A stretch of 63,784 nt of DNA, counting the filler, from Basidioascus undulatus (Eukaryota), in assembly GCA_000826855.1 (NCBI GenBank). It is 11 parts of 11 records of this genome, joined end to end, with 100 filler letters (N's around TTAATTAATTAA, not from the genome) between each part and the next. Parts side by side here need not be neighbours in the genome. Positions count along the whole stretch, not along the records: positions 46,505 to 52,202 come from JTLS01001889.1; positions 52,303 to 57,995 come from JTLS01001890.1; positions 58,096 to 63,784 come from JTLS01001891.1; 8 more parts are not named here. One strand, 5' to 3'. The notes below the pieces were generated by a model. It saw only the letters and a list, made by a program, of their open reading frames with translations. It made no database searches and was not told the DNA's origin. The position numbers and the translations under genes are program-made. Below, piece after piece: positions 48,932 through 59,949 of this stretch (position 1 is its first letter; every line of letters begins with the position of its first letter).

Positions 48932-51342
48932 CTTGATGGAGTGTGTGGGTATGGCGACGACAAGAAGAGCGACTGGACTTCATAGGCGTTGAGCGTGGGC
49001 GAACGCCGAAGGCCGGGACGGCAGTTGAAACTTGACAACGTAGCTGATAGTTGAGCGGGACGTACGGCGAGCGCATTGCATTTTATTGCATACGCACTGA
49101 CCATGCAAACCCTGGTCAGCCGGGACACAGTTTGCCTTCTTTATGAAAGACCGTTTCCTCAGAGTGGTTGGGAGCGGGCATGCAAATTCTCTGCGCTCTC
49201 CGTTGTCAAACCCTGTGCAGCTTTGGAAGGGGTTTACTGGAGGCGGTGTTGGATACAATTCCTTTGAAGAAGTAATGCAGTGTGCCGGCTTGGAATCAGG
49301 CCACCTGAACGAAGCCCCAACGACGGGGAGCAAAGAGGAAGAACGCAGGCTACAAAGGGAGGTGCATGTGTGAGAATTGAGGATTTTGGTCGTCTGGGTG
49401 ATATAAGGTCAGAAAAGGTGTGCGTTCTGTGGAAAAGGTATGATTTGGGGGGAGGGGAGGGACATGAAACTATAGCAATGTGGGCTGAGATACAAGATGC
49501 TGATGGGTGAAGGCATCGGGGGCAGAAAACTAGCAGACAACTGAAAGGACGGAAAAGGATCGGGAAAATAGGCAGGCCACGAGTTGGATTGGGGTGACGG
49601 TGCACGCTTTGGGCCCCGCCAGGACAGCTTCACGGAGAAAGCTATACACACACACTGCTTTGTTGGCGGTGCAGTTTCGGTGAGTTGGAAACTAGCGGCG
49701 GAATGGAGGCGAGCGTGATGGCTCCATACATAGAGCGCCGCGGGTAGGGGTTAAGTCGAGGGAACAACCGGAGGGTGATACCTGTCAGTGAGCTCCACTG
49801 ATGTCCGGGCTCGACAGCTCCGGAGAGCGTTGCAACCCTGAGGAAGCGGGACGGAGAGGCGGTGGGGTTTGGTACATGGCTCTTCAATATTGAATAATAG
49901 AGGTGATGGGGCATTGGGGCGGAATATCGAAGGAGATGTGCAGTAGGCACGTCCCGGCAGCCCGATGCTCGAAGGATAAGCTCCGTAGAGCGCAGAGCAG
50001 CGGCGACCCAGAGGAAGCGCGAGAGGTTAGGAACACCCGGGATTTGATCTTGTGCAGATGCTTCCAACCCCTGGTTAGTTCAAATCGTGCTACGAGTGGT
50101 GGGTTGGGCTGATCAGACTCTTCGTAAACTTAAGATAAAGTGCTCTAGTACAGTATGAAAGGAGACACTGCGGGAATGTAGAGCTGTCGGGGTATTTGGG
50201 ATGAAGAACTTCGGCCAGTCGGAGCGCGGTGCGTCCATGATGACTGGGGCGGCCCTAGAATCGTGGGCCACCGTGTGTACTGCATTAAAATGGACTTGGA
50301 TAATGTTTTTAGCGGAATGTGAGACTTGCACAGACCTGCTCTGGAAACGAGCAAGGTAGCATCGACAAGCAGTCCATGTCCTGCAGCCTTCGCTCCTCTG
50401 CACCCAGCTACGCCGTTGCCCTGATAAAAGCTGCCGACTATAATGTGCTTTCAGCTTGATCGGGCTATCTGCTTGCTCTGTGAGGGGTAACTTTTGTTCC
50501 TCTTCAACCAAGGGACTAACGCAAATGGTACATGGGGCGAAACCCCTTGGCCCACGCGCCATTGAAGGAACCGACAGCTGGTTTACGAAAAACTAATCCG
50601 TATCACCATATTATTCATGCGTCGAAGGGTGTAACCGAAGCTTGCCAGACGCGCCTTGAGGACGACGAAGGAGGCATGCCGCCCCCAGTTCAAACCTGTC
50701 TCTGCAAGCCTTCAACTCTGAATCCGTTACCCGAATTCAATAAGCTGTAACCCGTACCTCGGGTTCGTTAGTTGATAGACACGATTCCAGTGACCTTCAT
50801 CCTGCTGGCCTGCACGTTAATGATCGCCCACGTGCCTGTTCCTGCCCACTCTTCTTCCAAATCTGGCAACCCTTGATTGATTTCTGGATAGAGGAGATCG
50901 TGAAAGCAGAGCCGGTTGGAACGTCACCCTTGCTTCGTTTTCCATCAAAAGCAGTTGGCAGGGCAGGGATGAACTAAGAATGTGCGCTCTCCCCGCACAC
51001 CTTTCTTGCTGAGAAACGTCGGCGATGTTTTCAGTATCGTGTCGGGCGAATGTTCCACAAAGTCAGCCGAAGATATTTGCCGCTTTGCAAGAGAGCAGTG
51101 CAGTGAAAGCAAAAAGGAAAAGATAAGTACAAACCCGCTGTCAGTCGCGTATCGCGACTGACAGAAAACAGAAACGAACCGGTGGACTGAACACGGGACG
51201 CGGTCGAGGCGGTCGAGGCGTCTTCCACGCCCGCCCAGCTCTCACTCTCAACTTGCATCTTTACCTTCTCACCGTTTAATCTCTCATCTACGCTCCTTTA
51301 TAACGTCTTAATACCCGTCCTCCCCCCGTTAAAAGCGCAGCG

Positions 51343-52202
51343 ATGCTAGGCATCGTGCGCGCGCCCTCCTCGCTCCTGCGCCCGACCGTCCTCCTCGCCG
51401 GCGGTCTCCTCACGCTCGTCCTCCTCCTGGGCGGGGCGCGCCACTCTGGGCGTGTCAACATGTGCGAAGAGTATAACGAGCATCTGGCGGAGGCCGTGCC
51501 GTGGGGGAAGGGACGCGAGGCTTGCCAGTGCGTCTTCCTCCTCTCCTCTGCTCCTTCCCTTCCCCTGCCCCTGACGCGCTGGAGAGGACAGGGACATTCC
51601 CCTCGACCCAGCACTTCCCTTCGCCGCCTCCGTGTGCGCGCGCTCGAGAGCGTGCAACGCAGGGTACGTGGACGTGTGGCGGACGGATGCGGAAGCGTGC
51701 AGGGCGGCGGAGGCGCTCCGCCCAGCGAGGGAGGAGAGCGAGATCGCGTGGGAGGAGACGCGCAGGGGGCCGGACGCGATCCATCTGAGGGTGGGCGGGG
51801 CGTGGATGGGCGCGGTGGAGGATCAGGTGCAGTGTGAGTGGGTTGTGGAGGAGTGGGAGGAGAGGGCGGTGTTGAGGTAGGGCGAGGGGCAGATCTCGGG
51901 GACTGCAGGTATCGGTTTGCGTTTGAGGCGAGGACGGGGGAGAGCCCCGTGGCGGGGGATTTGGAGTTCAAGGTGCGCTGTTTGGTCCTTCAGCTCGTGA
52001 GACGGACTTGTGCTGAACGTGGCACCCTGCAGCTCACGCTGATGTGGGAGAACTGTGTGTTCCCTCCCTCCCTCGCCTTTCTCCCCAACGAACTCACCCG
52101 CCTTCCCTCCACAGACACCTACTGGCTGCCCGACTCGCGCGTCGTCCGACGCTCCCTCCTCCCTCTCACCCCCACCCCGTACCCGCCAAAACTCTTCCAG
52201 TA
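51343..52202 (+). CDS. Hypothetical protein with N-terminal signal/anchor and Cys-containing luminal region; 3' truncated
   Basis: Hydrophobic LLAGGLLTLVLLLGG; exons VCARSRACNAGYV..GPDAIHLRVGG..DLGDCRYRF separated by canonical introns. Confidence 0.55.
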
Positions 52203-52302
52203 NNNNNNNNNNNNNNNNNNNNNNNNNNNNNNNNNNNNNNNNNNNNTTAATTAATTAANNNNNNNNNNNNNNNNNNNNNNNNNNNNNNNNNNNNNNNNNN
52301 NN
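52203..52302. other. Artificial contig-joining linker
   Basis: N44-TTAATTAATTAA-N44. Confidence 0.99.
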
Positions 52303-52751
52303 TTCGGCCGCCCCTGGAAGCTCGCCAGCCTCGGCCCACCGCACTGGTCGCCTCCTTGACCCTCCTCCCACTCTAGGATCTGCGCCCACGCGCGCTCGTT
52401 CACGGCGTTGTGGATGGGCACAATCGTGCGCATGTCCTCCTCGCGCGGGTTGTGGCCCTTGCGCTGCATCGCGGCGAAGAACTGGGCTTGCGACGGGTAC
52501 ACCCAGTTCTCGGACTCGGGCGGCGGGGCAGTCGCGGAGGAAGCTTCAGAGGAGGGAATGGAGGAATGGTGTCGCGGGATTGAGGAGATTTCGCGGTCGT
52601 TGGGAAGCGCGGAGGACGAGGACCATGGAGAAGGGTGCGGGGCGCGACCGTTGGCGGCGAGGTAGGCTGCCCGGGTCTCATGGTCTACTGGGCAGGCAGA
52701 GGCGCCCGCTGAGGGAGCTGGTGAGGGCGTAGAAGACGAGAAAGGCCACAT
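52303..52751 (-). CDS. CYT2: Holocytochrome c-type synthase, cytochrome c1 heme lyase type; 3' truncated
   Basis: CPVDH heme-regulatory motif, REISSIPR, NWVYPSQAQFFAAMQRKG, IVPIHNAVNERAW.QILEWE, GPRLASFQGRP. Confidence 0.9.
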
Positions 52752-53266
52752 TTCGGTATAAAGGTGTTAAGGGAGATGCAAGGCGGTGAGCGGCCATCCC
52801 CCAAGTTTGGGCTTTCGGCGGCGAGGATATCCGTCGGGCCGACATATCGAGATGGCGCCATTGGACGGCTGCGTGCAATCGCGTGCCAGCTGCAGTAGCT
52901 TCGTTAGGCAAATGAAAATCATCATGTCGAACTGAACAACTATACATAAGAAGGAGTTGTCGAAGCTGGCTGCGCATCAGCTGCGAGCGAGGTCCGGTCC
53001 GGCGTCTGTCCCGCCTACTTGCTCAAAAAAGCCGACGAAGCTTACACTTCGAGGACACGCACAAACGCAAGCGACCCAGAAAGGTTTAGACGGGAATGGA
53101 CATGCTTGCGATATGCACGGGTAATGAAACAGAGGTGACGAGAAGCACAGGGAAGGCAAGGAGCGGTGGAGAAGATTGAGGTGAAACACCATTGTGTGTT
53201 TGTAACGAAACAGGAACCCAGAACCACTGCCGGGAGAAAGCGAGATGGGAGGAAAGAGCCACTCTA

Positions 53267-56200
53267 CTAGTCGTACTGCCGAGCGGAATTATAACTGTCA
53301 AATGACCGCGGGAGCAGAAAAGACGACGCGAAAGCATCAACGCACAATATTCCAAGACCTTCTCCACTGCAACCCCTTGTAATCGCGCACGGGTCCGACC
53401 ATGCCAAAGACGACCCCGCGGAAGTGCAGGAACGTCCCGACGACGGCGGACGCGGCGGCCGCGAACACGGCCCACTTGACGCGCTCGGGCAGCCGGCGGT
53501 TCTTGAAGACGAGGTGGTCGAGCAGGAAGCCGAGCATGAGGACGGCGAAGTAGAGCGCGGGAAGCTGTGCGTGCGTGAGGGGAAATATCAGCAAACGCTG
53601 CGATTCAGGGGATGCAACAGTTGAAGAGCGCACATAGTGGTGGAGGTAGGTGACCTGCGAACGCCGAAAACGTTAGTGGTAAAGGCGAGAGTTGAAGTAA
53701 AGCAAGACGTGATACGCACGCGACCCATAATCAGGAAAGGGACTAAAAGCAAAGGAAAAACAGTCAGCACCGTTGGGCGGAATTACGACGTTTTGGAAAG
53801 CTTACAGTAATGCAACGCCCAGCCACCGAACGTCATCTTGCCGGCGTGAAGGAACGCATCCCACTCGCCTGTCCCCGCAGCCACGATTCCGTCAGCTACT
53901 TCCGCTCCGCTCTGCCCACAGCGCGTCCGATCACCTACCCGGCTGGAAGTCCTTGAACTTGCGCTGCATCCGCAGGAGGTACCACGCGACGACGACGACG
54001 AAGAGGCCGAGGCTGGCGGAGCTCGCCCACCAGACGACGGGGTTGCCGAGGAGGTAGTACTTGGCGTTGAGGTCGCCCCAACCGTTCATGCGGAGGCCGA
54101 GGTGGAGGAACGGCCAGTCGGTCGGCTCGGACGCGAGGACGTCGTGCTTGTCCGGGTTGGGCACGAGCGCGTTGTTGGACGTCATCATCGCGACGTTGAG
54201 GTGCCAGAAGTCCTTGAAGAACGGCGAGCGATAGAGCTTGGCGTTGCCGGCGGGGACTGCGGAAGAATAGCACGTTAGCGTCCCACACGACAGCAAGTGA
54301 GGACGGCTCGAGACAGAGCTTCGGACAACGCACGGCGGTCGTTCCAGTGGCTCTCGATGTTCCAGTATGTGTGCACGTCCTTCGGGTTGTTGTCCTTGTC
54401 GCACGTGACCTCGATCTGCTTGAAGCCCCACTCGGGCAGGTTGACGTTCGCGGCGCGGAGGTAGCACCCGCTGTTGCGGTGGCGGAAGCGCATGCGCGTC
54501 GTGAGGCTGTGGATGCGATCGCTCTTCTTCTTGAGCTTGCCGCGAATCGTGTCGTCCACGACCTCGACAATCCAGTAGTCGTTCGAGTCGCCCACCGTCG
54601 CGTTGCCGTACCCAGCGACCTCGTTGTGCAGCTTCGTAATGGGCGCTACGACGGGGTGCGAGTGCAGGTTCCGGCCGGTCGCGGCGTGTACGAGCCGGAT
54701 CGAGTCGCCGTTCTGGAGGAAGCGCAACTCGTCGTTCGGGTCGAGGGGTTTCTGGAACAACGCAGGTCAGCGTCTGGATGACCTGCCAGGCGCACGACGG
54801 AAACGCACGTCCTCCCAGGTCGGGGTGATTATCCAGTCGTTGTTGTTGTCCTTGTAGTGGTAGCACGTAACCTGCTGCTGCTGCGAGCCGACCGGGAACG
54901 TCTGGACGTGCGAGTGCAGCAAGCCGCCGCCGTAGCCCATCTGCTTGAGCGTGACCTTCGAGCCGAACGCCGCCTCTACGGTGCATCCTCACAAGTCAAT
55001 GTCTGTGCGTGCGTGCGCGAAGGCCAACGAAGACAGGCGGACCGAGAGGGTTCTGGTGGAAGTCGTTGCCCTTGAGGTTCGCCTGGAAGAGCGAGCTCAT
55101 CTGCGCATCGCCCGGACCGGAGTGGTTGAGGATGATGAAGTGGAGCTTGAAGGAGGCCATGTAGACGACAGCGGGGAGGGCGATAAGGCACGCGCCCCGC
55201 GCGAGCCAGTGGCGGATGTAGGTCTCCTGCGTCCGTGAAGGGCAGACAGTAAGCCGATGCAGCCAAGTAGAACAATCTCAGGGGATTCGAATGCGTACTT
55301 TCGGCATGGACAGGTCGCCAAATTTGTCCCACAGATCCTCGATCGTGTACAACCCGACGAGTGCAGTCACGAAGAGGCCGACCCATTTGACGCTGATCGA
55401 GAGTTTCCGCGCGTTAAGAACGCCCAAGCGGAGAAAGCTTGAAACAAACGCACCTAGTGACGCAGCCGATGGAGTATCCGGTCAGAATGAGCCACATCCA
55501 CCAGTCGAACTCGAACGGGCTGCCGAGGCGTGCAGCAGTACAATCAGCTTTGGGTCTGAAAGCTGGTAGCGCTGACGAAACGACGCACTATTTCCGCTCA
55601 TTGTGGAATTTGGTGAGGAAGAAAACAGTAGTACAGGTGAAGAAGAGGAGCATCGAGTCGAGGAGGATGAAGCGACTGATTGTTGCCCAAGCGCAGTCTG
55701 CGGCGGCCGTTTGAAGTCAGCTGTTTGCGCCATAGGTGTTTGATTTAGTTGATGAAGCGTACCGAAGAGGACCATCAGCGTAACAAGATGAGTTGCACGC
55801 TTGCCGAGCCCGAGCTCGAGGCTCGTGTACCACGCCAGCGGGACCATGAGCACGCCGAACGTCGCCAGCATGACGCGCATGGCGCCGTAGTTGACGTTGT
55901 CCGGGTATTTGGTCCCAGATTTGAACTGTAACCCCTCTCTAGATTAAGCAGTGCTCGACAAGCTTGCAATCTTCTTGGAAAGGAAACGCACGTCAAACGA
56001 TCCGTTGTAACCCGCCAATGCCCCCGCCAGTCCAACCAGCATCTTCCCTAAGGGAGGATGGACATCGAAGTAGAACTCGCGTTTGAGGTAGTGCGAGCCG
56101 AATTTGCCGAAGTGAGCCTGTGATGCCGTTGGATTCAAGGTAAGTATAAAAGGGGATGCGAACGTTTGAGCAGGGGGGCCGGAGAATGGCAGACAGACCT

Positions 56201-56750
56201 CGTCCCAGACGACGCTGTTCTCGTAGGTGATGTGACGGTAGCGGGTGTATGCGGAAGCGATGGTGTAGAGGAGGGGAGGGAGGTGCGGGAGGAGCTCTTG
56301 TCGGGTGGGTAGGAGATCGCGCTGCTGGTGAGGAAGAGTCAGTGTGCTATCGCGCCACGCCGGGTGCCTCCAAGCCCTAGGCTTCTCCCAAAGGTCAAAC
56401 GTATGAAATCTGCGACTCTCGAAACTCACCCAAGTCGGTTCCCGCCTTTGCGGCGCCGGTGCCCTCCGGCTAATGAAACCTCTCCTCGGCGGCGCCTTCT
56501 CGCCGAGGAGCTCCTTCCCCGTCTTCCCCGAGTCGTCATCAACCGCCTCGTCGCCCAGCGCGTCACCATCCCACGGCGCCGCATCCCTCCCGACCGCGCG
56601 CCTTCTCGCCGAGACGTTGGGGTCCTGGTGCATGCTCGCGAAGCTGTCCTCTGTGGGACCGGTCGGGGCTGGGGCGGCGTAGTGGAGGGGGAGACCGGGC
56701 GAGTCTGGGCCGGGGGAGGAGGATGTGGAGCGCGGTATTGGGCCGGGCAT
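53267..56750 (-). CDS. PMT2: Dolichyl-phosphate-mannose:protein O-mannosyltransferase, PMT2 subfamily
   Basis: [67 protein letters not shown] motifs [42 protein letters not shown]; ends WNI-YD* if the last intron is spliced. Confidence 0.96.
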
Positions 56751-57399
56751 CGGCCAGGAAAGAGAACGTGATGGTACAAGGGAAAGGTGGGCGGAAAACG
56801 AGAAAGTGGGTTGCAAGGAAGGCACGCCGCTGCGCTGTCCTAGACGCTCGCTGTGGTGCGCGTTGCGTTTCGGCGGCGTGACGTTTCATGCAGACCGAAA
56901 TGGTGAAGCTCGGATGCAAAACAGCCACCGCCGCGAAGTTGTTTCTTGTTTTCTATTTGCAGCATGCCATCTTCAGGTCGAATAGACAGAAATACCGAGG
57001 GCCAGAATCACATTATGGTTAATTAATATCAGCGCACTTTGCGGCGTGGACAACACAGCACTGGTGTGCACAGCGCACGATTCTCAACGCGGCTGCAGTA
57101 GTAACTCGAGAGCTCAGGGTAGGCTCGTTAGTCATGCCCTACCGTGCTCTATGACACGGAAAAGTCCATACAGCTTTCTTGGCTTTTGAATAAGCCTTGA
57201 AGGGTGTTCACAGATGGTTTCGGAGCTTGTGTGTGGATATCAGTTCCTTTGTTTGCGACTCTCGCCTCTTGCGTTGCGCCGTGGCAGGCCTTGCCCCTTG
57301 CCTGATTGTTGCTCGCTTCTATGATACTCCGGGGAATTCATCCAGCGTTTATCCATGGTGTTTCCTTTCAAATGTGGGGTTTGCCCTTCATGGCTCACA

Positions 57400-57912
57400 A
57401 CGGGCCGCACGCTTGATGCCTAACGCGCTGCTATTCCTCTTCTTCCGCTTCCGCCTCGCACGCCTTGCCACTCGCACTCGCCCTCCTCTCTCGCTCTCTC
57501 CGCCAGTCAAACACCCCGCACGCTCTTCTTCGTGGCTTTACCGACCCCTTCATCCGTGGCTCTGTCCACACCCTCTTCCTGGCTAGCTCCACCCGTTATT
57601 CATATTTCTTCCCTCCCCGTTTTGGTTGCCTTACCGCTATACCTGTTTTTCGTGCCTTAGTGCTCCCATTCTTACGTGGCTCAGTCCACCCCTTCTTCGC
57701 AGCTCCATCCACTCCTGCGTGGCTCAGCCCACGCTTGCAAGAACCCTTCCTTGCGTGGCTTTGCGCACTCGTTATCCTTTCTTTTTATCTTAGTTACGTG
57801 CAGACACTTGGCACTATCTTGTCCCCTCCATTGGCCTACGGACCACTGGCATTAGAAACCCTGACCTTTGTCCGGAGACGTGCCTCTGTGCACAGGCAGT
57901 CCTTTTGCTGTT
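57400..57912 (+). repeat. Interspersed element, copy B, with array of 14-bp palindromes
   Basis: Motifs at 57532, 57556, 57652, 57676, 57719, 57755 and 57880; the last is identical to 33361-33374. Boundaries approximate. Confidence 0.6.
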
Positions 57913-57995
57913 GCAGATCCTAGAGTGGGAGGAGGGTCAAGGAGGCGACCAGTGCGGTGGGCCGAGGCTGGCGAGCTTCCAGGGGCGGCCGAAGG
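57913..57995 (+). repeat. Inverted duplicate of internal CYT2 coding sequence (QILEWEEGQGGDQCGGPRLASFQGRP)
   Basis: 57913-57993 is the exact 81-nt reverse complement of 52303-52383. Confidence 0.97.
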
Positions 57996-58095
57996 NNNNN
58001 NNNNNNNNNNNNNNNNNNNNNNNNNNNNNNNNNNNNNNNTTAATTAATTAANNNNNNNNNNNNNNNNNNNNNNNNNNNNNNNNNNNNNNNNNNNN
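57996..58095. other. Artificial contig-joining linker
   Basis: N44-TTAATTAATTAA-N44. Confidence 0.99.
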
Positions 58096-59949
58096 TCGCA
58101 TACTGTATAATTTTCCGCATACCAGAGGTTTCGTTTTCTTTTGTCGCTCGGGGGCTCGGGCTGGGATTGGGATGAGCGGTGGAGACAGGCGGGCCTGCAG
58201 GCTGTCTTGTCGCCCATCTTACCTACCTAGCGACTTACTCCACCTCGCATCGATCTCACGGTTCTCCAAGGACGTAGCCGCTTCTTTGATCCCACCCCCC
58301 AGCACTACTAACCATCATCTTCTATCGCAAGACTCCTCGCTTCACAAAGCGGAAAGCATGCAGCTGCGGTGTCCTCGACCAGCCGTCCCCACGCAGTGGT
58401 TACTGAATCAATGCAAGCTGCCCACCCGTTCCCGTTCCCGTTCCACTCAACTCCCTAAAATCCCATCACAACTGTCCCACTGCTTTCTCATCCTACGCCT
58501 CAGGCCATGCGCAGCGCGCAGGTCGTGCGTTTTCGAGCCGACCAAGGCAGGCGCCTCGAGCTGCGGCGCGTTCCTCAACGAGCGAGGAGCATGCCATCTG
58601 ATCCCAAAAGTGCCATTGCTATGTATAACTTAGGGGACTTCCGTATCCAGAAATGAAAGGCTGTCGTCGTGGATATGCAGACCCCGCGCCGACTCCACAC
58701 TCGCTCCTATGCAGCATGCAGCAGGCTTATACAAGTCTCGGCCGGCGCCGTGGCGGCGTCTTGGAGCCTCGCCGTTGTGACGCGCATCTTGAGCGTGCAA
58801 CGCCTTTCACTCAATTTCGACTGCCGCGAGACGGGCGCTGTGTGCACTCGTTGAGTCACGACTCACGAGCTGCGATCGACAACACGTCAATGCGCTGTTA
58901 AGAAAAGTGTGCACTTACGTTGGAAGTTTTCTTCGTACACAATAATTTACTTTTGTGTGTTATAATCGGTCGGCAACCGTGCCTCTGCAGTCGACCGACA
59001 GATCAAGCTCGAGAAGGACGCCAACTTTGCAGACCCGCCAGGACTAGCCGCTACCATCCGACTGTTCAACGCCGCTATCAGGGCGAGGTCAGACCATGAT
59101 TCTGTCAAAGCAGCCATCCCCAGTCGTCTCCTATTCTCCCGCACAAACTGAAAGGAAAGAAGGTACAGTGACGTATGACGATTTGGCTGCTGGCAGCATT
59201 CCTCCATCCTCGTACTCGCTTGCTAGATTTCAGCTTGTCCATAGCTATCAGACTTTGCACAGCGCTGAAAATGTTGAAATTTTCTATTGGTAGGAAACAT
59301 ATCCGCCCCCAGGGCGATGCAGGCGATCTGAACTGTGTGCGCCTCAGGTACCATGCATGCAGCTGCCGAACAGCGTCGTCTTCGCAGTTTCTACAATCCA
59401 TGCTTCCAACTAGAACCCGAACCTCAACCCTTACAACAACTATCTTTATCTTCTCACTCTCTCCCTCTCCCCCCACCTTCACTTCAATACCCGCAGCCTC
59501 AGCGTCCACTTCCCCATCCAACACCGACTGCCCCTCTCGCACCCTTGCACCGCAGCACATCACCTTCCCGTACACCGGCAAGCTCAAAGGAAAAAATTTC
59601 TCCTCCCACTGAGCCCCTGCCCAACCCGCTCCAACTTGTACTTGAACCGCGCGCGCATGGGCGTCGGGAGCGGGGAGGAGAAGTTGGTCATGCCTCCTTG
59701 ATCTTTTGAGGTGCAGAGGCCCATGTAAGATTTTTGGGCCGGTCTAAACGGGCCAGGCCGCGTCCGCCCGTGTGAGTTGAGGGCGGATCAGTCGGTCGTT
59801 ATAAAATCGTGCAGAGCGCGCAGAGCATTGTCTGACCATTTCCCTTCATTGTAGTCAACAAGGCAGTTGCACATGGCTGTTCACAAGCGGACATGATCGC
59901 AAACAGGCAACTGTGCGACGACGGAGAATAAAGGTCGAACAGAGAACTT

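Noticed and set aside
58847..58869. Small inverted repeat containing TGAGTCA (Gcn4/AP-1-like)
   Set aside because: Too short, and there is no identifiable downstream target gene.
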